A program made the position numbers and the translations under genes. From NCBI GenBank assembly GCA_964586775.1, contig CAZPJD010000184.1, positions 1,668 to 65,667 on the forward strand: a DNA stretch of 64,000 nt, in the 5' to 3' direction. How positions within the stretch are numbered: position 1 is the first letter of the stretch; every line of letters begins with the position of its first letter. Source of the DNA: an uncultured bacterium (GTDB taxonomy: Bacteria > Lernaellota > Lernaellaia > JACKCT01). The notes beneath the pieces were generated by a model. The model worked only from the letters and a program-made list of their open reading frames with translations, had not been told where the DNA came from and searched no databases. Below, piece after piece: positions 16,951 through 28,054 of the stretch.

Positions 16951-18111
16951 ATGCGCCGTTTCGGCCGCGCGATCGTCGCCGTCCTCGTCGTTCTTCCGAT
17001 CGTGTTCTCGCGGTCTGGCCTCGCGGATGAATTCGCGAGCCGCCTCGCCATCTTTGCCGACAGCGAAAACAACTACGTCCTGACCGGCGCGACGCAATAC
17101 CGCACGCCGCTGGCCGAGCGCTTCAATCTCGGCACTCGGTTGCTGGTGGATGGCGTTTCGGGCGCGTCGACGAAGGCGGGCGACGACGTCGAGGACGCGT
17201 ATCTCGGTGGGTACTCCAACCGCAAGCGCGGGAAGTACGAATTCTCGCAGCCCAACTGGCTTCGCCAGCGATACGAGCTGTCGGGCTTCGGCGACGCGCG
17301 GCACGGCGAGTGGGAGGAATCGGGCGGGTACATCTATTCGTACGAAAGCGTGTACGAAAGCCACACCGCGTGGGCTTCCGTGCGTCGTCACCTGTGGCAA
17401 CGCAATTCCGCCGTGTCGGCGACCTACTTTCGCAACTTCGACACGTTGAACGCCGAAGACGAAGCGCGCGCACGCGAACTCGATCTGCCGGGACGCAAGG
17501 ACGTCGACGGCGGCGCGCTCACTTGGCAGCAGGTGCTGGGGCGTCGCTCGATCGGTCTCGTTTCCGCGGCGGGACGCGTGGAGCGCGGCGTGCTGGAAAG
17601 CCCCGAGCGCGATGTGCTGGTGTGGAGCGACCCCGGCGTGCTCGAGATCGCGCCCGAGCGCCTGCCCGACGCGCGCCGGCGAGGTGCGGTGGCCGCTCGT
17701 GTGGCGCGGCTGGTGGGGACCGATGCGAGCGTTCACGCGGGCGTGCAGTACGACTTCGACGACTGGGGGCTCGTCGCGCCGTCGGCGCGCGTCATGGCGT
17801 TTCGCCGGTTCGGGTCGGGCACGATTCTTCGCGCGCGGCTGCGTGCCTACACGCAGAACGAATCGCGGTGGTATAGCCCCATCGCCCACGCCGACCGCGA
17901 CCACTCCTACACGGCGAATGCGCAGATGCAGGGCTTCACGTCGTGGCTCGGGGGTCTGCGCTGGACGTGGAACTCGGGCGACCTGCCCGGCGCGATCACG
18001 GCCGTCAGCGGCGGGCTCGACGTGGATCTATACTACCAGACGCCGCGCAACGAGATGGAACAGGGTTACTTCGCGCCTATCGTCGGCGCGAACGTCCTAT
18101 TCCTGTGGTGA
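16951..18111 (+). CDS. DUF3570-like predicted outer-membrane beta-barrel protein
   Basis: 386 aa, N-terminal signal-like segment, alternating beta-strand pattern, ends in aromatic residues (VLFLW). Abuts the DUF4266-like gene. Confidence 0.55.
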   Translation: MRRFGRAIVAVLVVLPIVFSRSGLADEFASRLAIFADSENNYVLTGATQYRTPLAERFNLGTRLLVDGVSGASTKAGDDVEDAYLGGYSNRKRGKYEFSQPNWLRQRYELSGFGDARHGEWEESGGYIYSYESVYESHTAWASVRRHLWQRNSAVSATYFRNFDTLNAEDEARARELDLPGRKDVDGGALTWQQVLGRRSIGLVSAAGRVERGVLESPERDVLVWSDPGVLEIAPERLPDARRRGAVAARVARLVGTDASVHAGVQYDFDDWGLVAPSARVMAFRRFGSGTILRARLRAYTQNESRWYSPIAHADRDHSYTANAQMQGFTSWLGGLRWTWNSGDLPGAITAVSGGLDVDLYYQTPRNEMEQGYFAPIVGANVLFLW

Positions 18112-19047
18112 GCCCGTCTCGCGGCGATACTCCACCGCGTCCACGAACACGCGCTTCGTCTTCCACGCGCCCTTGTCGAAACGCGGCGTCGCCACGGCGA
18201 TCATTTGGCCGCGCTCGTCGACGCACCGCCAGAGATCACCCTCGCCCCCGGGCGGCAGACGATCGAGCGGCAGCAACCGACCGTTGATGAGATCCCACGT
18301 GTCGGTCGGGTCCAGTGTCAGAATCGGCAGGTGCGGCAGCGCGTCGTCGAACGCGATGCCGAGCTCGGTGGCGACCCTTGCCGCGTCGCCCGACGCGATT
18401 GCGCGCGCCTCGAAGTCGTCAAGCGAAATTGCGCGGTCGAGCGCAAACGGCCCCGACGACAGACGACGAAGCGACGTGAGATGCCCGAGCCCACCGAGCG
18501 CAATCGCCATGTCGTGCGCAAGAGTTCGCACATACGTACCCTTGGAGCACCGCACGAAAAAGGACCAACCGTCATCGTGATTGTCCGCAAGGCGCAGTTC
18601 GTGCACGACGACCGGCACGGGAGCGCGTTCGATCTCGGTGCCCTTGCGCGCGAGTTTGTGCAGCGGACGGCCGTCGACTTTCTTCGCCGAAAACATCGGC
18701 GGAACCTGATCGATGGAGCCGGTGAAACGCGCCATCGCCGCCGCGATCGCGGCCTCATCCGGAACCGGAGCCGTGCTCGTTTCGATCATCCGGCCTTCAC
18801 CGTCCTGCGTGTCGGTCGCCGCTCCCCAACGAAGTCGCGCCGTGTAGGATTTCTCGTCGAGAACCAGGAACTGCGAGAGCAACGTGGCATGACCGACCAA
18901 AACCACCAGCACGCCGGAGGCGAAGGGGTCCAGCGTTCCCGCGTGGCCCACGCGCTTGTCGTTCAGCACGCGGCGAATCCGACGCACCACGTCGTGGCTG
19001 CCGGGGCCGGGCGCTTTGTCGATGACGATGAGACCGGAAAAACTCAC
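18097..19047 (-). CDS. truB: tRNA pseudouridine(55) synthase
   Basis: GTG 19047 (GTGA overlap with nrnA stop). Motifs GLIVIDKAPGPGSHDVV, VGHAGTLDPFASGVLVV. The upstream part of the 523-aa track ORF is artefactual. Confidence 0.9.
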   Translation of the reverse strand: MSFSGLIVIDKAPGPGSHDVVRRIRRVLNDKRVGHAGTLDPFASGVLVVLVGHATLLSQFLVLDEKSYTARLRWGAATDTQDGEGRMIETSTAPVPDEAAIAAAMARFTGSIDQVPPMFSAKKVDGRPLHKLARKGTEIERAPVPVVVHELRLADNHDDGWSFFVRCSKGTYVRTLAHDMAIALGGLGHLTSLRRLSSGPFALDRAISLDDFEARAIASGDAARVATELGIAFDDALPHLPILTLDPTDTWDLINGRLLPLDRLPPGGEGDLWRCVDERGQMIAVATPRFDKGAWKTKRVFVDAVEYRRETGSPQE

Positions 19048-20024
19048 GCGGATTCGAGCTGCTCGCGCAGCGCCGCGACGAGCCGGTCGCGGATTACGCC
19101 GAGCTCGCCGTCGGTGGTGAATCCCGCGGCGCGCCGGTGTCCGCCGCCGCCGAATTGGGACGTGACCACGGTGGCGTCGATGCGCTCGGTGGTGCGGATC
19201 GAGCCCTTGATCCGCGTCTTCCCGTCGGCACCCGCGACCTCGCGCACCACGTACGCGCCCTCGACGCCGATGATCGAGCGCGGGATATCGACGAGCCCCT
19301 CGAAGGCGTCCTGCGCCGCGCCCGCGCGTTTTGTCATCTCGCTCGTGACGGTCACGCCCGCGATAAGGCCGTCGTTTTCGATCGCGAGCGACGTGAGCGC
19401 CTCGGCCATCAGGCGGATCGCCTCGGGCCGCTGCTCGATGTACAGGTGCCGCGCGACGAGGGCGGGGTCCGCGCCCGCGGCGACCATTTCGCCGCAGATG
19501 CGATAGGCGTCGGGCGAGGAGTTGGCGTTGTGAAAAGCCCGTGTATCCGAAAACACGCCGGTGTATAGGCAGATCGCCGTATCGGCGTCGAAGACGAAAT
19601 CCGCCGCGCGCAGAATGCGGTACACCATCTCCGAGGTGGAGCTCGCCGACTCGTCCACGAAGTTCCACTGTCCGAACAACGGATTGCTCGCGTGATGGTC
19701 GATGTTCACGACGCGCGGTGCGTTCTGGATCGTCTCGAGAATCTTTCCGACTCGATGAAAATCGCCGCAGTCGAGCACGAGGATCGCATCGGCGTCTTCA
19801 TGCCCCGGCCATTCGCGGCGTAGGTCGCCGACGCCGGGCAGGTAACGGAGGAAGTGCGGCGCCGTATCGTGTCCGTACGCGACGCACTCCTTGCCCAGGC
19901 GTCGCAGCGCGTGCGCGAGGCCGAGCACCGCGCCGATGGCGTCGCCGTCGGGGTTCGCATGCGAAAGCGCGATGAAGCGGCAACCGCGAAGCAGCAGGTC
20001 CGCGATGTCGGAGGCGCTATTCAT
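19044..20024 (-). CDS. nrnA: DHH/DHHA1 phosphoesterase (oligoribonuclease / pAp phosphatase NrnA type)
   Basis: Start ATG 20024 (MNSASDIADLL). DHH motifs HANPDGDAIG, LDCGD, NIDHHASN. DHHA1 GGGGHRRAAG. Confidence 0.85.
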   Translation of the reverse strand: MNSASDIADLLLRGCRFIALSHANPDGDAIGAVLGLAHALRRLGKECVAYGHDTAPHFLRYLPGVGDLRREWPGHEDADAILVLDCGDFHRVGKILETIQNAPRVVNIDHHASNPLFGQWNFVDESASSTSEMVYRILRAADFVFDADTAICLYTGVFSDTRAFHNANSSPDAYRICGEMVAAGADPALVARHLYIEQRPEAIRLMAEALTSLAIENDGLIAGVTVTSEMTKRAGAAQDAFEGLVDIPRSIIGVEGAYVVREVAGADGKTRIKGSIRTTERIDATVVTSQFGGGGHRRAAGFTTDGELGVIRDRLVAALREQLESA

Positions 20025-20454
20025 CTTCGCTTCCCTCGTCTTCGGCCACGGGGTCGTCATCGATATCCGGCGGGTTGAGCTCCCGTTCGGTGCGGATGCG
20101 CCGAAAGATCTCTTCCATCTTCTGCGCGTTGTCGAGCGACGTGTCGTGCGTGAAACGCAGTTCCGGCGTGAACTGGAGCCGCACGGCCTCGCCGACGTCA
20201 TGGCGCAACCGGCCCATGGCGGCGTGAAAGCCTTTCATGGCGTCGGCCACTTTTTCGTCACTGCCCATCAGGCTGAACCACACCTTCGCGACGCGATTGT
20301 CGGGCGACATCTCGACCTGCGTGATCGTCACGTCCTGAAGGCGGGGGTCGGACAGGTCGGTGCGCAGCGATTGCGCGACCGTGCGCATGACCGCCTCGGA
20401 GACGCGGTCGCGCCGAGCGAAGCCGCTGTATTTTCGGACTTGTCGGCGCGCCAT
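20017..20454 (-). CDS. rbfA: Ribosome-binding factor A
   Basis: RbfA pattern (RVSEAVMRTVAQSL..DPRL..VTITQVEMSPD...AKVWFS) with an acidic C-tail; operon position after infB. Confidence 0.9.
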   Translation of the reverse strand: MARRQVRKYSGFARRDRVSEAVMRTVAQSLRTDLSDPRLQDVTITQVEMSPDNRVAKVWFSLMGSDEKVADAMKGFHAAMGRLRHDVGEAVRLQFTPELRFTHDTSLDNAQKMEEIFRRIRTERELNPPDIDDDPVAEDEGSEDE

Positions 20455-20455
20455 C

Positions 20456-20755
20456 TCACTCGTCCCCGTCGGCGGTGAAGACGTCGATCGACGAATCGGC
20501 GACCTCGGCGAGCTGCAGGCCCTCGACGTAATCGAACACCTTGTCCATCACCGAATTCATCACACGTCCGTCGTTGCCCACCGCCACGAAGGCGAGCTTC
20601 GCCCGGCCGATCGCGTCATGATCGGCGACCTCGGCCACGGCGATGTGAAAGGTCTCGCGGGTGCGCTCCAGAATCCGCTTGACGACGCCGCGTTTGTCCT
20701 TCAGCGACTGCGTGTGATGCAGACGAAAAACGACGGTGAGCGCCCCGATGACCAT
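20456..20755 (-). CDS. DUF503 (YlxP-like) protein
   Basis: 99 aa, MVIGALTVVFRLHHTQSLKDKRGVVKRI; conserved position between infB and rbfA. Confidence 0.8.
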   Translation of the reverse strand: MVIGALTVVFRLHHTQSLKDKRGVVKRILERTRETFHIAVAEVADHDAIGRAKLAFVAVGNDGRVMNSVMDKVFDYVEGLQLAEVADSSIDVFTADGDE

Positions 20756-20771
20756 GGCCGGGCGCGGCGGC

Positions 20772-23351
20772 TCACGAACTCGCGGCGGACGCGGGCATGA
20801 GCTTCGCGGCGACCTCTTCGATGACGAAGCACTCGAGGATGTCGCCGAGCTTCACATCGTTGAAGTTCTCGACCTGAATGCCGCATTCGAAGCCGGACGC
20901 GACCTCGCGGGCGTCGTCCTTGAATCGTTTGAGCGACGACATCTTGCCGCTGTACACCTCGACGCTGTCGCGCAGGACGCGGATTTTCGCCGAGCGCTGG
21001 ATCTTCCCGTCCACCACGTAGCAACCCGCGATCGTGCCGATCTTGGAGATGCTGAAGGTCTGGCGCACCTCGGCGCGGCCCAGGTAGACCTCGTTCTTGA
21101 TCGGCGAGAGGAGCCCTTCGAGCCCCGCCGTCACCTCGTCGAGCAGTTCGTAGATGATGTTGAAGATCTTGATCTGCACGCCCTCGCGCTCGGCGAGGTC
21201 CCGGACCTCGGGGGTCGGGCGGACGTTGAAGCCGATGACGACCGCCTGCGAAGCGACGGCGAAGTTGACGTCGGTCTCGGTGATGCCGCCGACGCCGGAA
21301 TGCACGACGGTGACCTTGACCTGCGGCGTCGACAGTTTGCGGAGCGCTTCGGTGACGGCCTCGACCGAGCCCTGCACGTCGGCCTTGAGGATGATCTTGA
21401 GTTCCTTGATCGCCTCGCCACCCGTCTGTTCGAGCAGGCTTTCGAGACTGACGCGCGCCATGCGCCGCGTCTGAAGCTCGCGCTGCTTGGTCGCCATCAT
21501 CTCGGCGACCTGCTTGGCTTTTTTCTCGCTCTCGGCGACGAAGAAGCGATCACCCGCCGCCGGCACGCCGCCCAGACCCACGACCTCGACCGGGTCCGCC
21601 GGACCGGCCACGTCGATGCGGCGGCCCTTGTCGTCGTGCATGAAACGCACGCGACCGTAAACGTTGCCCGCGACGACCGGATCGCCGACCTTCAGCGTGC
21701 CTTCCTGCACGAGGATGGTGGAGACCGCGCCGCGGCCCTTTTCGAGACGTGCCTCGAGGACAAACCCGCGCGCGGTTTTGTCGGCGTTGGCCTTGAGGTC
21801 CATGATGTCGGCCTGCAGCAGAATCTTTTCGAGCAGGTCGTCGAGGTTCTCCCGGTGCTTGGCAGAGATGAGCGCGAACTGCGTCTCGCCGCCCCACGAC
21901 TCCTGCACGAGCCCGTGCTCGGCGAGGTCGCTGTAGAGGCGTTCGAGGTTTTTGTCGGGCTTGTCGATCTTGTTGACCGCCACGACGATGGGCGCCTTGG
22001 CGTCCTTGGCGTGGTTGATCGCCTCGACGGTCTGCGGCTTCACACCGTCGTCGGCCGCCACCACGAGCACCACGATGTCGGTGACGTGGGCGCCGCGCGC
22101 GCGCATCGACGTAAACGACTCGTGGCCCGGCGTGTCGAGGAAGGTGATGTCGCGGTCTCGCAGCCGCACCTTGTAAGCGCCGATGGCCTGCGTGATACCG
22201 CCCGCTTCGCCGCCCGCGACGTCGGTTTCGCGCAGCGCGTCGAGCAGCGTGGTCTTGCCGTGGTCGACGTGTCCCATGACCGTAACGACCGGGTGGCGAA
22301 ACGCGAGCACCTCTTCGGTTTCCTGCTCGGTCGCCCCGAAGAAGTCCTCGACCTCGACCGCCGTGTTCTCGATCTCGTAACCGTATTCGGATGCGATGAT
22401 CGTTGCCGAATCGACGTCCAAGAGCTGATTGATGGTGCACATCTGGCCCATCTCGAACAGCTTGCGAATCAGCTCGCCGCCCTTGAGGCCCATGCGCTGC
22501 GCGAGTTCGCCGACCAGAATCGCGCCTTCGATGCGGATCTTGCGTTTGATCGCCTTGGGCGTCGTGATCTCGGTCGCTTTGAAGTCGCGCTTCTTCTTGC
22601 GATGCCGCTCGGCCCGCATTTCCTGCTGGACCTGCTCCTTGGAGCGACGGCGGTCGTTGTAGTCGCGCTGATTGATCTCGACGACACGGCGTCCGGTCTT
22701 CTTGGCGGCTTCGCCCTCGGCGGCGGTCTCGCCGGGTTTCTTGGCCTTGGCGTCGGGTGCGGCGGCGACCGGCGGCGGCGCCACGGGACGCGAAATGACG
22801 CGGGCGGGCGCGGGGGTCACGCCGCGAAGCGAAACGCGGCGGTTCGGACGTTGGACCCGAGCGTTGTCCTCATCGACCGCATCGTCGGGCGCGACGTCGG
22901 ACTCGTGTTCCTGGGCGCTCGCATGTTCGGGAGGCGTCGGCTGCCCGACGGCTTCGGCCTGAACCGGTTGCGCGTCGTCTTCGAGTACGACCTCCAAAAC
23001 CGCTGCATCGGCCACGTGGAGCTCGGGCTCGGCCGGTGTCACCACCGGGGCGTCGGCGCGCGCGACCTCGAAGCCGGTCGTCTCGTCGGAGTCTTTCGCC
23101 GGCTCTTCCGCCGCGCCCCGGGACGGCGAACGACGACGGATCACCGTGGTGCCGACGCGGCGCTCTTCATAGTTCTGGCCGCGATCACGATCCTCGATCT
23201 TGAGCAGATCGCGCACGCGGGGGATGTACTTCAGGTCGATCGTCGCCTGAACGTCGTCCGCGTAGATCCCCAGTTCCCGCAGCTTGGGCAGCAGAAAATA
23301 CGGATCCAGATTCAGTTTTTTCGCGGCCTCGGCGACCGAAATCTTACTCAT
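20772..23351 (-). CDS. infB: Translation initiation factor IF-2
   Basis: G-domain motifs ([23 protein letters not shown]) and C-terminal IF-2 domains. Start set to ATG 23351 ([13 protein letters not shown]). Confidence 0.95.
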   Translation of the reverse strand: MSKISVAEAAKKLNLDPYFLLPKLRELGIYADDVQATIDLKYIPRVRDLLKIEDRDRGQNYEERRVGTTVIRRRSPSRGAAEEPAKDSDETTGFEVARADAPVVTPAEPELHVADAAVLEVVLEDDAQPVQAEAVGQPTPPEHASAQEHESDVAPDDAVDEDNARVQRPNRRVSLRGVTPAPARVISRPVAPPPVAAAPDAKAKKPGETAAEGEAAKKTGRRVVEINQRDYNDRRRSKEQVQQEMRAERHRKKKRDFKATEITTPKAIKRKIRIEGAILVGELAQRMGLKGGELIRKLFEMGQMCTINQLLDVDSATIIASEYGYEIENTAVEVEDFFGATEQETEEVLAFRHPVVTVMGHVDHGKTTLLDALRETDVAGGEAGGITQAIGAYKVRLRDRDITFLDTPGHESFTSMRARGAHVTDIVVLVVAADDGVKPQTVEAINHAKDAKAPIVVAVNKIDKPDKNLERLYSDLAEHGLVQESWGGETQFALISAKHRENLDDLLEKILLQADIMDLKANADKTARGFVLEARLEKGRGAVSTILVQEGTLKVGDPVVAGNVYGRVRFMHDDKGRRIDVAGPADPVEVVGLGGVPAAGDRFFVAESEKKAKQVAEMMATKQRELQTRRMARVSLESLLEQTGGEAIKELKIILKADVQGSVEAVTEALRKLSTPQVKVTVVHSGVGGITETDVNFAVASQAVVIGFNVRPTPEVRDLAEREGVQIKIFNIIYELLDEVTAGLEGLLSPIKNEVYLGRAEVRQTFSISKIGTIAGCYVVDGKIQRSAKIRVLRDSVEVYSGKMSSLKRFKDDAREVASGFECGIQVENFNDVKLGDILECFVIEEVAAKLMPASAASS

Positions 23352-23661
23352 GCAACGCTTCTCCACACCCCGGGGCGCGCTCAGCGAGCACCCGCTCCAG
23401 TCGCGGCCTCAAATCATCGACGTTTGGGGCGATCGACCGGGCGCGTAGTGTCCTCGCAAACGAACCCTTTTTCAAGGCCCTCTCGAAGCACGGCATCGAG
23501 GGGCAGACGTATGCGCCGCGGCCGGCGGCGCGCTGCGTTTCGTCGATTTCCAACCGGTCTTCCGACGATCGGAAGAACCGGATCAGGTCCCGTTTCGGCG
23601 CGCGCTTGCGGCACGCGCAACAACTGCGGATCGGCACGTGAACCACGGCGCGCGCGCCCAT
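23344..23661 (-). CDS. ylxR: YlxR/RnpM-family (DUF448) RNA-binding protein
   Basis: RSCCACRKRAPKRDLIRF ... GRGAYVC motif; lies between nusA and infB. Confidence 0.85.
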   Translation of the reverse strand: MGARAVVHVPIRSCCACRKRAPKRDLIRFFRSSEDRLEIDETQRAAGRGAYVCPSMPCFERALKKGSFARTLRARSIAPNVDDLRPRLERVLAERAPGCGEALHE

Positions 23662-23677
23662 CCGCGTGATCTCCCGC

Positions 23678-25240
<1,563 letters not shown>

Positions 25241-25268
25241 GGCCTTTCTCCTTCGGGACCTTGTCGTT

Positions 25269-25739
25269 CTATCGATCGAACTCGTAGATCATGTTCGCCC
25301 GATCCACGTCCCGCGCATCGATCTCCCAGTCCCGGTCTTCCATGTGGATGACCCACGTCTCTCCCCGAACATCCGTCAAACGTCCGGTGAAACCCTTGCG
25401 TCCCTCGACCGCCGCCCGCGTTTTCACCCGCACGAGCTTGCCGATCATCTTCTTCGCATCTTCCGAGTGCCGGATCGGCCGATCGATCCCCGGGCTCGAC
25501 ACCTCGAGGCGGTAGCGTCCCCGGATCGGGTCCTCGACATCCAGCAGCGCCGCCAGCTCACGACTCACGCCCGCGCAGTCCTCGACGTTGATGCCGACCT
25601 CGTCGTCGATGAAAACGCGCAGGATCGACGTACCCCGTCCCGGAACATACTCGACGTCGAACAGCTCGATCCCGCGATCGCGGCACACCGCTTCGGCAAG
25701 CTGCCGGATTTTCCCCACAATTCCCGTGTCGCTGGTCAT
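25269..25739 (-). CDS. rimP: Ribosome maturation factor RimP
   Basis: RimP pattern (ELFDVEYVPGRGTSILRVFID, YRLEVSSPGIDRPI); first gene of the nusA-infB operon. Confidence 0.9.
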   Translation of the reverse strand: MTSDTGIVGKIRQLAEAVCRDRGIELFDVEYVPGRGTSILRVFIDDEVGINVEDCAGVSRELAALLDVEDPIRGRYRLEVSSPGIDRPIRHSEDAKKMIGKLVRVKTRAAVEGRKGFTGRLTDVRGETWVIHMEDRDWEIDARDVDRANMIYEFDR

Positions 25740-25757
25740 CTGCCGCCGCCTTCGCCA

Positions 25758-25789
25758 ACAAAAAAGCGGGATCCCCGAAGGGGGCCCGC
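25758..25789 (-). terminator. Intrinsic terminator/attenuator hairpin in the rimP-nusA leader
   Basis: Minus strand reads GCGGGCCCCC-TTC-GGGGATCCCGC followed by TTTTTTGTT. It ends about 20 nt before the rimP SD/ATG. Confidence 0.6.
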
Positions 25790-25954
25790 CTTGGAAGCGA
25801 ACCGGATTTGCGGCGTATTCCTACCACAGCGTCCGGGCGAAAGCAACCGCGAATTTCGACCGATTTCGGGGCTTGGGGACGGGCAAACCGCCTTGCATTT
25901 CGGGCGGGTTCGCGCGCCTTTCTCGCCAACCGAACCCGCGCTAGAGTGGTACGC

Positions 25955-26053
25955 GGAAGTGGATCGGCCGCTGGTGCGCCGCCCGGCCTTCAAAGCCGCG
26001 TGGGGGGCGTTGAACGCGTCCCCGGTGGGTTCGATTCCCACCCACTTCCGCCA
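25955..26053 (+). tRNA. selC: tRNA-Sec (anticodon UCA)
   Basis: GGAAGTGG...CCACTTCC 8-bp acceptor stem plus G plus encoded CCA. Anticodon loop CTTCAAA (TCA at 25990-25992). Long G/C-rich variable arm. T-arm GGTGGGTTCGATTCCCACC. Close overall resemblance to E. coli selC (GGAAGATC...CTTCAAA...GGTTCGACTCC...GATCTTCCGCCA). Confidence 0.9.
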
Positions 26054-26079
26054 ATCTTTTCCGCGACGGAGTTGCGTGC

Positions 26080-26865
26080 GTGGCCGGCTCGACGTCAAGG
26101 TTTCCTGTGGGATTTGTCGCGCACGGCGCGCCGCTGCTCGCGCTCGATCCGGTGAAGGGCGCGCCGCTTCGTGCGTGGGGAGAGCGAATGCCGCGACCGC
26201 GCGCGATCCTGGCGATTTCGGCGCACTGGGAGGACGCGCCGGTCACGATTGGCGCCGCGGACCCCGCACCCCTCGTTTACGACTTCTACGGATTCCCCGA
26301 GAAGCTCTATCACGTCGAGTACCCCGCGCCCGCCGCGCCGGAGCTGGCCCGGCGCGTGAGTTCGATCCTGGGCGACCAACACGTCCGGCACGATTCCCGC
26401 GGGCTCGATCACGGTGTGTGGACGCCGCTCCTTCACCTGATTCCCGATGCGTCCGTGCCCGTCGTGCAGGTCTCGATGCCGCGCACGATGTCCGGCGCGG
26501 ACCTGTTCGATCTCGGGCAGCGCATTGCGCCGCTTCGCGACGAGGGCGTGTGGATCCTCGCGAGCGGCAATCTGGTGCACAATCTCGGCCGTCTCGACTG
26601 GAGCGAGACGCAGCCCCCACCTACTTGGGCCGCCCAGTTCGACGCGTGGGTCGCCGAGACGCTCATGAAGCACGACTGGGACGCTCTGATGAATTACAAG
26701 CAGGCGTCGCCCGCGCTCGCCCTCGCCCACCCGACCGCCGAACACCTGCGCCCGATCCTCGTCGCCGCGGGCGCGGCATCGGACGAGCCCGTCACGTTTC
26801 CGCTCGAAGGATGGGAGTACGGCTCGCTGTCACGCCGGTGCGTGCATTTCGGCTCGTTCGTTTAG
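26080..26865 (+). CDS. Class III extradiol ring-cleavage dioxygenase (4,5-DOPA dioxygenase / YgiD-LigB family)
   Basis: Motifs FVAHGAP, ILAISAHWE, YDFYGFP, LDHGVWTPL, ILASGNLVHN. Start uncertain (GTG 26080 or GTG 26107). Confidence 0.85.
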   Translation: MAGSTSRFPVGFVAHGAPLLALDPVKGAPLRAWGERMPRPRAILAISAHWEDAPVTIGAADPAPLVYDFYGFPEKLYHVEYPAPAAPELARRVSSILGDQHVRHDSRGLDHGVWTPLLHLIPDASVPVVQVSMPRTMSGADLFDLGQRIAPLRDEGVWILASGNLVHNLGRLDWSETQPPPTWAAQFDAWVAETLMKHDWDALMNYKQASPALALAHPTAEHLRPILVAAGAASDEPVTFPLEGWEYGSLSRRCVHFGSFV

Positions 26866-26978
26866 AGGTTCGATGAAATCAAGACACGCGCGGACGCGTG
26901 TCGCTTGGTCGGGACGGCCTCCTCCCGGCCGGACGTCCACCAACAAGACCGCGCCCATGCTGGACGCACCAAAGCGGG

Positions 26979-27002
26979 CCCCGAAGGTTCGCACCTTCGG
27001 GG
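26979..27002. terminator. Perfect 10-bp hairpin between convergent genes (possible bidirectional terminator)
   Basis: CCCCGAAGGT-TCGC-ACCTTCGGGG. Lies between the dioxygenase stop (26865) and the stop of the minus-strand gene (27077). U-tracts are weak on both strands. Confidence 0.4.
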
Positions 27003-27076
27003 TGGTGGGGCGGCTTCTGGCAGGGAGCGTTGGTGGCAACGCCCTTTATGGGTTGGGCATTAACCCATTGGAGGCA

Positions 27077-27493
27077 TCAGGGTCGCGCGTGGTCGGCGAG
27101 CATCTTGAAGATGTCGTTGGCCGATCGCGCGTAGCCGAGGGAAGCCTTGAACTCTTCGTTCATGAAGCACTCCCACGCCTTGTCGAGGATGTTGTTCGCG
27201 TTCTGGAACCACTCGAAGGAGGTCAGAACCGCGCCGTTGTAGCGGATGCGCTCGTCGCCGTAGTAAGCGGCCGGCGACCAGGTTCCGTTGACGTAGGTTT
27301 CGGAGAACATCGTCGCCGTGCGCTTTTGCACCACGCTAACGCGGTCGAGCACCGCTTCGGCGAGGTTCATGAGCTGCGTGACGCTCACGCTCGGGACGGT
27401 CACGTCGTTCACGCGCGGCGGATCGGCGCTCGCGAAGGCGGGGATCAACATGGCGACGGTCAGGGCCACGACCAGCAGCGCTTTCTTCAACAT
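27077..27493 (-). CDS. Secreted hypothetical protein
   Basis: Strong SD (GGGAGGA) and signal peptide MLKKALLVVALTVAMLIPAFASA. No family recognised. The overlapping plus-strand track ORF (26873..27628) is rejected. Confidence 0.7.
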   Translation of the reverse strand: MLKKALLVVALTVAMLIPAFASADPPRVNDVTVPSVSVTQLMNLAEAVLDRVSVVQKRTATMFSETYVNGTWSPAAYYGDERIRYNGAVLTSFEWFQNANNILDKAWECFMNEEFKASLGYARSANDIFKMLADHARP

Positions 27494-28054
27494 TGGCGGT
27501 TCCTCCCTGGATCCAATTTCAGCTTCGCTACAGCACCGGTTCGCTCAGACAACCGGAGACCTTCGCAACCGTCGTGCCAAGTTGTCCCCCTTGAAAGAAA
27601 AGAATTTTTCGTAAATAAATTCATATAGATACGATGCGTCGCGTGACGTGGCTCGAATGGACTGCGCACGCGGGATTCAGGGTCGACACGAGAATTCGTA
27701 ATGCAGGATTACCGCTCGCCATCCGACATTAACGTCGAGAAAGGTCGCCTCGCGGCGCACTTTGGCCTCGTATCGCGGATTTTGTCCCCCGGTGGTCGTG
27801 GCGTTGTCGTCACGCACCGCGTCATGCTATAAATCGCCGCTTAACGGGTGGCGTGACACGCGCGATTGGCGCACGGAGCATCTTCGGGCCGCCACTCGAA
27901 CCGAATCATCTTTGTCCGAACCGCGCTCGGCGTCCCGACGACGACGTTGCGACGCCGTATTGCACGGTCGGCGCCGTTCCCGCGTTTTTCGGCGTGGGAA
28001 TGGGAAACGGGTGCGAATTTGAACGAGAAACGTCAAACGAGTGAATTTCGGGAG

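Noticed and set aside
20736-23669. 977-aa plus-strand ORF opposite infB. Similar giants: 23666..25351 opposite nusA, 28379..32020 opposite gltB, 32027..33757 opposite gltD, 12841..15000 opposite the paralog B/lipoprotein genes, 39696..41717 opposite argB/argC.
   Set aside because: They are antisense to genes with unambiguous family motifs. Their products are Arg/Gly/Asp/His-rich low-information sequences typical of stop-codon-poor antisense frames in high-G+C DNA. They have no recognisable motifs or sensible starts.
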